Shown: positions 1-7,982 of the stretch, in pieces
How the letters are laid out: the number at the start of each line of letters is the position of its first letter
Numbering within the stretch: the stretch's first letter is position 1
IMG/VR virus record: IMGVR_UViG_3300036791_001038
Location: 13,233 to 77,232 of that record
Strand: one strand, 5' to 3'
Length of the DNA: 64,000 nucleotides
DNA from: a virus
Position numbers and translations under genes: made by a program
The notes under the pieces: model-generated
Told to the model about the DNA's origin: nothing
Seen by the model: the letters and a program-made list of their open reading frames with translations, nothing else
Database searches by the model: none

Positions 1-1
1 C

Positions 2-3000
2 AACCTGTCCGGCAAGTCTGAGGGCGAGGCCGTTGAGCAGCACGGCCCGCACCTCTGCACCCATTGCTTCAAGTCCGCTCCCACCGAGTGGAAGCGGGAT
101 CCGGCCGAGACGCGCGCCGAGGAGAAGAAGAAGTCGGGTGAGTATTGCGAGGGCGGCAAGGCCAGCAGCTACCCCGACGCCGAGGAGCGCGCCCGGCGCA
201 AGGCCACCCATCCGCAAGGCAAGGTCAAGCTAGAGCCCGGCGAGGCCATGTACACCGGCCAGCGGGGTGGCTACCAGGGCCGTTGCCCCACCTGCAAGAC
301 CATCCAAAAGGTCAAGAACTCCGGCGAGTTCTACCAGCACAAGCCGCCCGAGGTACCCAAGGAGGAGAAGCCCAAGGTCGAGCGGCCGGTGCTACCTGAT
401 CCTGGTAAGGGGCTCAAGACCCATCTGCGGCAGAAGCATCAGATGAATACCCATGATTTCGACTCGTACCAGCAGTATCAACCGGATAAATCGCTGGATC
501 AGATCCATAGTGATCTGCATGAGAAATACGATAACAATCAGCATGCACCGAACAATCACACCCATGGTGGGTCTGCGCCGCCTGCCACCACGGTCATGAC
601 CCCGCCCAGGGAAGGCTCCAGGAGGGGCCTAAGAGCCTTTGTAGGGGCTGATGCCTCGGGGATAACGGTGGCCGGTCTCGCGGTGGTGGCCCGCGACACC
701 GGCCGGGTGCTGATGCTGCAGCGCCTGCTCGATGGTAAGGATCCGGCCGGGGGTACCTGGGAATGGCCAGGCGGTCATATCGGTCAGGACGAATCACCTA
801 TCGAGGGAGCCATCCGCGAGTGGAAGGAAGAAGTCGGTCAGCATCTCCCTGAGGGCCATGTAGGGGGCTCCTGGGACTCCAAGGGGATGTATCAGGGATT
901 CGTGTACGTCATCCCCTCTGAGGACGACATCGAGGTCTACAGCGGCAAGCGACCGGTCACCAATCCCGATGATCCCAAGGGCGACAATCCCGAAGCCGTG
1001 GCCTGGTGGGATCCCAAGGACCTGCCCGACATGCCCGCTCTGCGCCCTGAGTGCAAGACCACCGACTGGTCGCTGTTCAAGCCCGCTGCTATTGCGAAGG
1101 TGGCCGTCGAGGAGAAGCCCTCAGAGCCCTGGTATCACAGCGCCGACGACTATGAGGGCGCAGTAGGTGACCGTACTCATATCACCCGTAATGTGCAGAT
1201 GGATCTACCCACCCATCTGGTCGCTCATATGCCCGGTGTGATGGATGAGCGTCCTGGCGAACACCGTAACATGCAAGGTGATAAGTGGGAGGACTTCAAG
1301 AATGACATCTCTGCCAACGGCATCAAAAACCCGCTCTTTATCACGGTGGATCACGGCCAGCGACCCAGGCTGTCTGAGGGCAACCACCGCAGAGACGCGG
1401 CGATTGAGCTAGGCCTCAAGCACGTCCCGGCCCAGGTGCGCTACTACGGTCACGCCGAGCGGGACAGCGACCTGGAGGACCAGGCCCGCAAGTGGTGGAC
1501 CCACAATCCCCAGCATCTGCCCAGAACCTCGGCTAGAGCGTCCAGGATCAAATGGGATCAGGTCGAACAGGATTACGAACATTCAGGACCGAGTGATTAC
1601 GGAGGTGCTTACTGGATAACCCCCTCCGGTAAGAACTTGAATGTCGGTGAATACCATTCCAATCTCTTCAAACATCCGGCCGTTGGTTACAATCCGAATG
1701 CTAAGCCGGAGTATGCCGATGAGGATTCCCGTCATGTGCTGGCTCAGGGTGGGGTGCGGATCATGCATCTGCCCAACTCCGCCTATGGCAATCGCATAGC
1801 CGTCGAGCATCACCATCCTCTCACCGAGGGCCAACAGAAGACCCTGATCAGCTTCGTGCATCGCTCCCATCCTGATTCCCTGGACTATGACGGCCCGAAT
1901 GGCTATCGGCAGTTCGACTTTCCCACTGGGGCCGATGTCCGTAAGCATCTGTCCAAAGAGGCCGCCTACGACCTCCTCGGTCCAGGCAAAGGCCACTACT
2001 TCGAGCCGGTGGAGGAGGGCAGCGACTGGTGCGCCGTCTGCGGTCACGATCGCCGGGTGACCAAGCATCCCCTGCCCAAGCAAGCGGCCGCCGAGCGTCA
2101 ATATCTCTATCACACTTCTCCCGTTCATAATCGAGCGAGTATTACCGAGAAGGGTCTGCTTCCTAATCAACCAGGTCATGAAGACGAACCTGAGCTTCCT
2201 AAGGGAGTCTATCTTGACTCTGATGAAAAGATGGCTCTCGATACCGGTAATGATTATGGAGAAGATGTATGGAAGGTGGATGTCACTGGATTAAAACATC
2301 ATGTTGATCCTTATTGGGAGGGAGTTGCTCATCGACCTAATACCAGTCATTACGTCAAAGGAGCCATCCCACCTCATCGTGTGACTCTACACCGGCCTGC
2401 ATCATGGCATGAATGCTCTGATAAGTCTTGTCACCTTGCAAGGATCGGGCTGCGGGCCTTTGTGGCGCTGGTGGTCCCCAAGACCTTCTTTCATGGCACC
2501 ACTGAAGAACTGCAGCCTGGAGATGTCCTGCATCCCGGCAATGAGATGGGGCTGAAGACACACCCTCAACTGCACAAGTGGCGGGGGGATCATGTCTGGG
2601 CCACCCCCGAGGAGGCCGGGGCCTGGGGCTACTCCGAGCAGGCCGAAACCAGCCGGGGCACCCACCACGTTTATGGACCAACGGTCGGTGATCGCCCCCG
2701 GCCTCGGGTCTATGAGGTCGAGCCCATGGGACCGGTGCAGAAGCGCCGTCGTCTGAGTCCCTTCGACCCCGAAGAATACACCATGCCCTCGGCCAGGGTC
2801 CTGCGCTCCATCGACATCCCCCACCCCGAGGTGCCGTTACCCACTCAGGGCAAGCCCTCCGGTGGGGGTATGCAGGGTCGTCTCCCCGGCGAGAAGAGTT
2901 GGGAGAACTGGAAGACCCTGGAGCCCGACGCGGCCGATCTCTCCGAGCATTGGGAACTGTCCCGGCGTCGTCATCCAGAGGCCTGGGCGGCGGGTGATAA

Positions 3001-6000
3001 GGAAGAGCCAGCCCCAGAGACCGATGAGCATCAGCAGAAGCTCTTCGCGGCTCGAATGGCCGCGCTCCGGGCCTTCATAGCCGTCAACAGTTCAGATGAA
3101 GTACCGCCACCCATGGGGGAGTCGCCCATCCCCGAGGGCCATGTGCGGCTGTTCCACCAGACCTCGGTGAAGCAGGCCGAGTCGGTGCGCCAGCACGGGC
3201 TGACCATGGAGCATGCTCGCGATGTCAGCGGGCCACGCGGCGTCTGGGCCAGTCATGGCACCCGTTTCTACGGCGAAGGCGATGAGCATGCCACCGTGGA
3301 GTTCCACGTCCCTTACGACGAGCTACGCGACACGGCCGGAGGTCAGTCCCCGCATCGGCATCAGCCTCAGGAGGACTGGGAGAAGAGTACTCACCACACC
3401 CTGATTATCCCCCGCTCTATCAAGCCGCATGAGATCTCCGCTATCCATCTGCCCTGGCACAATCGTTATCACTACTTCCATGACAACGGCATGACTGATG
3501 ATGTGAAGAAGGGTGAGTACGACAACCTGTCCGACATGAAGGACTACGGCCCGGCCATCGACAAGATCAAGCACGAAGCTCTGCGTCATTTGGCCATGCA
3601 AGCCGAGGACGAGGTACCGCCCCGGCTCGGGACCGCGCCCATCCCCGAGGACCACGTCCGGCTCTACCACCACACCTGGTCAAGGAACGTTCCCGGCATC
3701 CGGGAGCATGGCCTGCTGGCCGAGATGGGCCAGGGCGACAGCGGCAAGGGCTACGGCAACGAGGCATCAGCGGGGGTATGGGCCGCCAGTCAGCATCCCG
3801 AGCCTGATCCCCAGAGTGACCGGCATGTGATCGAGTTCCACGCCCATCCAAGAGAGATCGATGTCAACGGCCCCTCTCCTGGCCAGGACATCCATAAATG
3901 GCAGCAGGGCGATCACAACGTCCTGATGCGGGGCAGTGTGCCGAAAGAGAACATCCTGGCTATTCACGCCCCTTGGCATACCGCTTATCATCAGATCTCC
4001 GAGGATGCCCGCGACCGGGAGGATGTGAAAGGCGGCAAGCTGGACTGGGTCCACAACGATCCCAGCATGAAGGAGATCAGCAAGGCCGTCCACAAGATCC
4101 AGTCCGAAGCCAAGAAGACCCGCAACACCGAGAAGCCTCAGCAATGCAACTGGTGCAAGCAGCCCGCCACCAAGTCCATGCTGTGGGCCGAGGGTATGGG
4201 GTACATCCCCACCTGTGACAAGCATGAGGCAAAGACCCGTGACCACATCGAGAACACCAATGATGACGAGGTCGTTGCCATCCACCAGATCAAGCAGGGA
4301 GCCAAGCAGCCCTATATCGGCAAGGGCTGGTGGCTGACGCCCGAGGGCAAGAAGATCGGGGTCTACGACCACTACGAGACCACTCCGGGGATGGCCCGGC
4401 AGATGATTCGTCCTCACATGGCCGAGAGTGGTCAGGTCCGGGTCCGTAGCTTCAACAATCAACTCAACGTGCAAACGTCGCGGCCGTTCACCGATGCTCA
4501 GCGCCAGAGCTTGCTGCTGGATGCCGATAAGCATTCCCGCATGTTCGTGGACGTGCTACACCCCGACACCGAGGAGTCCATCCACTCCGAGTCCGGTGGC
4601 CCCGAGGACGCCGATCGCATGCTGGCCCGAGCCCACCGGGCCGCCATACCCCACACGGCCGCCCTGACTCTCCTGGCCGATCAGCCCTACGCCGGAGGTC
4701 ACACCTTCCAGTTCATCAAGGCCACCCCCAAGGTGATGGGTGGTAGCTCCCTGCACGAACTGCGGGCCTATCCCGAGGGCGAGTCCAAGCGCTACTCCGG
4801 GTCGCTGCGATGGTCATACAAGTCTGGTGAGATTGCCGGTATCGACGTGGACAAGGACCAGCAGCGTCAGGGCCTGGCCACCGAGCTACTGGGCCGGGCA
4901 CGCGATATCGCCGCCACCACCCGAGGGGTGATCGCTCCCAAGCACTCCGATCAACGCACCAACGAGGGAGAGGCTTGGGCGCGCTCGACCGGCGATCGGC
5001 TGCCCCGGCGGCTCACCGGACTGGGGGTGTTCGTGGCCGCTTTTGGACAACCACAGCTATTCGATCCCGGTAGTGGTGGCCATGAGCATCTACCCAATCC
5101 TCGGGGTGGGCTGGACTGGCATCACGGCACTCCGCATCACTTCGAGAGCTTCGAGGAGGAGCGCCCGGAAGAAGACGATCCCTATGGCGGGTATGACTTC
5201 GAGACCGGCGAGAAGTTCAAGCAGCCCCATTGGAACACCCACCTGGGCCAGCACTGGACCTCCCTGCCGGGCGTGGCCGAGCATTTCGCCAAGGGCCAGT
5301 ACGGTCAGTATGGGGAAGGCAAGGGTCATGTCATCACCGCTAACCTGGGCGTAAAGCACCCCAAGGACTACAAGCTCGAATCCCACATGGACAAGGAGGC
5401 CTTCGAGCATGCCTGGGACGGGCATGATCCCCACGATTACCACGATGAGTTCTGCCATAACCCGGAGCATCGAGACGACCCCGACGAGGAGCATTTCGAT
5501 GACGAGCCCTACCACTACAACGACCAGCATGAGCGCGGCGACGAGGTGGACCGCCAGGTCCAGGCCCGCTACCGGGACCGGGAGCAGCAGGGCGAGTGGC
5601 TGAGCCAGCATCCCGACTCGGGCTCCCTGGCCGAGAGCTTCAAGGACAAGGTCCGCCAGGAGGGTCATGACGGCATCACCTACGGCAACGAGCTAGAGGG
5701 GCCGCACGGCCACCAGTGCGCCATCACCTTCGATGAGCATCAGATCCACAACCCCCGCCGCCGGGCTCTGGGCAAGCTGGCGGTCGAGGACTACGACACC
5801 CTGTACCACATCACCGATCAGCACCACTTCGCCCTGGACCCTGAGCATGCCCCCCAGGACAACGCCTTCGCCATCCAGGACCGCTCCCACTACAAGGGCC
5901 TATACGCGACCAAAGACCCTGACACCTGGCGGGCGCAGGGCTACCACCGGCCTTACGTGGCCGAACTGCACGTCCCCCATGGGCTGGCCCAGCAGGAGCG

Positions 6001-7813
6001 CTGGCACGGGGAGAGCTTCATTCCGGCCGAGCATTTCGACAAGGTCAAGGTCAACCGGGTCATCCCCTTCGATGCTCATCAGCGTGAGAAGTGGGGTGAG
6101 CCCGGCACCATCGAGAGCTACCACGGCACCCACTACCAGACCAACCAGCCGCTCAAGAAGAAGCCGGGCTGGGAGTCATCGGACTACTACGAGGCGGATG
6201 AGAACGAGCCTGCAACCAAGGACGTGCGCGACTTCACCCCGAAGGAACACACCCGTCATCTCAAGCGGCTGCGCGAGTACCTGCACCACGTCCAGGGTTG
6301 GGGCTGGAACGAGTTCAACCAGAAGCATGAGCATGTCGGCATAGGCGAGGACGAACAAGACGAAGAGGGCATGCCCATCCGGCGGGACCAGAAGGGCCAG
6401 CCCATGACCCGAGATCGCTATGCAGCCAAGACCGGGCCGATCTACTACCACGGCCATGGCCGGGGAGGAGCCCGAGCCGCGACCGGCGATCCCGAGTGGG
6501 ACGACAACCTCTTCGTCAGCCACGATCCCGAGGTGGCCAAGCTGTACGGCCCCAAGCTGGATCGCATCCAGATGGCCCCCGACACCAAGGTGGCCCGCCA
6601 TGAACACTGGCTGGGCGCGCAGAGGCCTGACATTGCCCTCAATCTCCTGCGTAAGGCCAAGGCTAAGAACGCCGATGTGATCGAGTTCCACAAGCCTCAT
6701 GACTTCGTCGGTCACATCATCCTGAACAAGGACAAGATCGTCAGCCGGGAGCCCTATGATCCCGGTCATACCGCCATGGCCGATCGAGGCGACTACGGCA
6801 TGGAGCATTCCCCCCACCTGGAGGGACCGGCCTTGCACGAACTGGGGCACAGCTATCCCGACATCTACGACCATCCCGAGTACTACGGCTCCATGCATGA
6901 ACGGCCCGGCCGGGAGTCAGCCCGCGCCCTGAAGAGGGCCAAGGGCATCGGCCCCGACGACCAGGTCAGCATCTACCGGGCCGCTCCGCACGGGGTCACC
7001 ACCTTCAACCACGGCGACTGGGTCACCCTCTCCCCCAGCTACGCCCAGCAGCACAGCCGCCACCCCACCGACGAGAGCCGGGACATGCCCATCTACAAGG
7101 CCCAGGTGGCGGCCAAGCACGTCCACTGGGACGAGAACGACATCAACGAGTTCGGCTACTCCGGCCCCGAGGTACCCGCCACCAAGCACCTACCGGGTGG
7201 TCCTGACGCGCCGCGCCTGGCTGCCTTCGTGGCCGCCCTGGACCCCGGCCAGGTCTCCGAGGCATCCCCGGAGGAGTTCCATCGCCGCTTCTCCGAGGCT
7301 ATGGAGGGCAGCCCCTTCGTCCACCATGTGACCAACCACACTCCCGAGGAGATCCGCTCGGGCGGCATGCGCCCGCTCACCACCAACGGTGGCGACACCG
7401 GGGTGCTGGTGCATGACCACGGCGACGGCCGTATCGAGGCCACCGGCCTGTACAACCGCTCCAAGGTCAAGGGCGCGGGGGTCGATCTGCTCAAGCATAC
7501 CATGGAGCATCATGGCGTGAACTACGTCGAAGCGTATGGACCTAGACTTCCCCAGTTGTACCGACGAGCAGGCTTCCAGACCACCGAGAAATATCGCTTC
7601 GATCGTGAGCAGGCTAACCCTGGCTGGGATTTTCGCCAGTTCGATTCGCCTAGCTATCACATCATGCACCCACGTAACACTCAGAAGTCTGGTAAGGTGA
7701 TCTCATGGCCTTCGACCGCCAGCGTTCCATTCCTGTTCCCATCAACGAGCCTGAGCCCTCCGAGGGGGCTATCAGCCTTTGGGATGTTGACTGGGACGAC
7801 CCCGAGCAGGTAG
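2..7813 (+). CDS. Giant polyvalent multi-effector protein (NUDIX, ParB-like, multiple ADP-ribosyltransferase-fold, GNAT and Zn-finger domains); 5'-truncated by the window edge
   Basis: The frame is open from base 2 (NLSGKSEGEAVEQHGPHLCTHC...) through the ATG at 248 to the stop at 7813. Motifs: Nudix box GGHIGQDESPIEGAIREWKEEVG; ParB-like GIKNPLFI..EGNHRRDAA; repeated (Y/F/W)-H-x-T ART motifs; GNAT motif A VDKDQQRQGLATELL. Confidence 0.85.
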   Translation, partial: NLSGKSEGEAVEQHGPHLCTHCFKSAPTEWKRDPAETRAEEKKKSGEYCEGGKASSYPDAEERARRKATHPQGKVKLEPGEAMYTGQRGGYQGRCPTCKTIQKVKNSGEFYQHKPPEVPKEEKPKVERPVLPDPGKGLKTHLRQKHQMNTHDFDSYQQYQPDKSLDQIHSDLHEKYDNNQHAPNNHTHGGSAPPATTVMTPPREGSRRGLRAFVGADASGITVAGLAVVARDTGRVLMLQRLLDGKDPAGGTWEWPGGHIGQDESPIEGAIREWKEEVGQHLPEGHVGGSWDSKGMYQGFVYVIPSEDDIEVYSGKRPVTNPDDPKGDNPEAVAWWDPKDLPDMPALRPECKTTDWSLFKPAAIAKVAVEEKPSEPWYHSADDYEGAVGDRTHITRNVQMDLPTHLVAHMPGVMDERPGEHRNMQGDKWEDFKNDISANGIKNPLFITVDHGQRPRLSEGNHRRDAAIELGLKHVPAQVRYYGHAERDSDLEDQARKWWTHNPQHLPRTSARASRIKWDQVEQDYEHSGPSDYGGAYWITPSGKNLNVGEYHSNLFKHPAVGYNPNAKPEYADEDSRHVLAQGGVRIMHLPNSAYGNRIAVEHHHPLTEGQQKTLISFVHRSHPDSLDYDGPNGYRQFDFPTGADVRKHLSKEAAYDLLGPGKGHYFEPVEEGSDWCAVCGHDRRVTKHPLPKQAAAERQYLYHTSPVHNRASITEKGLLPNQPGHEDEPELPKGVYLDSDEKMALDTGNDYGEDVWKVDVTGLKHHVDPYWEGVAHRPNTSHYVKGAIPPHRVTLHRPASWHECSDKSCHLARIGLRAFVALVVPKTFFHGTTEELQPGDVLHPGNEMGLKTHPQLHKWRGDHVWATPEEAGAWGYSEQAETSRGTHHVYGPTVGDRPRPRVYEVEPMGPVQKRRRLSPFDPEEYTMPSARVLRSIDIPHPEVPLPTQGKPSGGGMQGRLPGEKSWENWKTLEPDAADLSEHWELSRRRHPEAWAAGDKEEPAPETDEHQQKLFAARMAALRAFIAVNSSDEVPPPMGESPIPEGHVRLFHQTSVKQAESVRQHGLTMEHARDVSGPRGVWASHGTRFYGEGDEHATVEFHVPYDELRDTAGGQSPHRHQPQEDWEKSTHHTLIIPRSIKPHEISAIHLPWHNRYHYFHDNGMTDDVKKGEYDNLSDMKDYGPAIDKIKHEALRHLAMQAEDEVPPRLGTAPIPEDHVRLYHHTWSRNVPGIREHGLLAEMGQGDSGKGYGNEASAGVWAASQHPEPDPQSDRHVIEFHAHPREIDVNGPSPGQDIHKWQQGDHNVLMRGSVPKENILAIHAPWHTAYHQISEDARDREDVKGGKLDWVHNDPSMKEISKAVHKIQSEAKKTRNTEKPQQCNWCKQPATKSMLWAEGMGYIPTCDKHEAKTRDHIENTNDDEVVAIHQIKQGAKQPYIGKGWWLTPEGKKIGVYDHYETTPGMARQMIRPHMAESGQVRVRSFNNQLNVQTSRPFTDAQRQSLLLDADKHSRMFVDVLHPDTEESIHSESGGPEDADRMLARAHRAAIPHTAALTLLADQPYAGGHTFQFIKATPKVMGGSSLHELRAYPEGESKRYSGSLRWSYKSGEIAGIDVDKDQQRQGLATELLGRARDIAATTRGVIAPKHSDQRTNEGEAWARSTGDRLPRRLTGLGVFVAAFGQPQLFDPGSGGHEHLPNPRGGLDWHHGTPHHFESFEEERPEEDDPYGGYDFETGEKFKQPHWNTHLGQHWTSLPGVAEHFAKGQYGQYGEGKGHVITANLGVKHPKDYKLESHMDKEAFEHAWDGHDPHDYHDEFCHNPEHRDDPDEEHFDDEPYHYNDQHERGDEVDRQVQARYRDREQQGEWLSQHPDSGSLAESFKDKVRQEGHDGITYGNELEGPHGHQCAITFDEHQIHNPRRRALGKLAVEDYDTLYHITDQHHFALDPEHAPQDNAFAIQDRSHYKGLYATKDPDTWRAQGYHRPYVAELHVPHGLAQQERWHGESFIPAEHFDKVKVNRVIPFDAHQREKWGEPGTIESYHGTHYQTNQPLKKKPGWESSDYYEADENEPATKDVRDFTPKEHTRHLKRLREYLHHVQGWGWNEFNQKHEHVGIGEDEQDEEGMPIRRDQKGQPMTRDRYAAKTGPIYYHGHGRGGARAATGDPEWDDNLFVSHDPEVAKLYGPKLDRIQMAPDTKVARHEHWLGAQRPDIALNLLRKAKAKNADVIEFHKPHDFVGHIILNKDKIVSREPYDPGHTAMADRGDYGMEHSPHLEGPALHELGHSYPDIYDHPEYYGSMHERPGRESARALKRAKGIGPDDQVSIYRAAPHGVTTFNHGDWVTLSPSYAQQHSRHPTDESRDMPIYKAQVAAKHVHWDENDINEFGYSGPEVPATKHLPGGPDAPRLAAFVAALDPGQVSEASPEEFHRRFSEAMEGSPFVHHVTNHTPEEIRSGGMRPLTTNGGDTGVLVHDHGDGRIEATGLYNRSKVKGAGVDLLKHTMEHHGVNYVEAYGPRLPQLYRRAGFQTTEKYRFDREQANPGWDFRQFDSPSYHIMHPRNTQKSGKVISWPSTASVPFLFPSTSLSPPRGLSAFGMLTGTTPSR

Positions 7814-7944
7814 CCGCGCTCAAGGCCCAGACCGAAGCCGAGCTTGAGGCCGAGAACCCCGAGGATTGGGCCGCCATGACGCCCGAGCAGAGGGAGAACT
7901 CCTGGAAGGCGGCCCTCGCTCAACTCGGCGTACACGGCGTCTGA
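7705..7944 (+). CDS. Small acidic protein (79 aa), overlapping the 3' end of the giant ORF
   Basis: SD-like AAGGTGA upstream of the ATG; phage-like codon usage; the stop lies just before the promoter motif at 7946. Confidence 0.6.
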   Translation: MAFDRQRSIPVPINEPEPSEGAISLWDVDWDDPEQVAALKAQTEAELEAENPEDWAAMTPEQRENSWKAALAQLGVHGV

Positions 7945-7945
7945 G

Positions 7946-7981
7946 CCTGTCGGGCGCTCCCTGAGCGCGCCGAAGTGGTGA
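7946..7981 (+). promoter_or_regulatory. Putative phage late promoter, copy 1 (CCTGTC-N19-CGAAGnnnTGA)
   Basis: Same motif and spacing at 10472, 14248, 14706, 31073 and 36400; the ATG at 7983 follows almost immediately. Confidence 0.7.
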
Positions 7982-7982
7982 G

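Noticed and set aside
248-250. ATG at 248 as the start of the giant ORF
   Set aside because: The frame is open and protein-like (CTHC motif) back to base 2, so the real start is outside the window.
1200-1460. ParABS partition system
   Set aside because: Only the ParB/Srx N-terminal-type domain is present; no HTH, parA or parS repeats were seen.
2480-2815. Calling a rifampicin-resistance gene (arr)
   Set aside because: It is only an Arr-like domain inside a polyprotein and lacks the EDDPN segment; resistance is unsupported.
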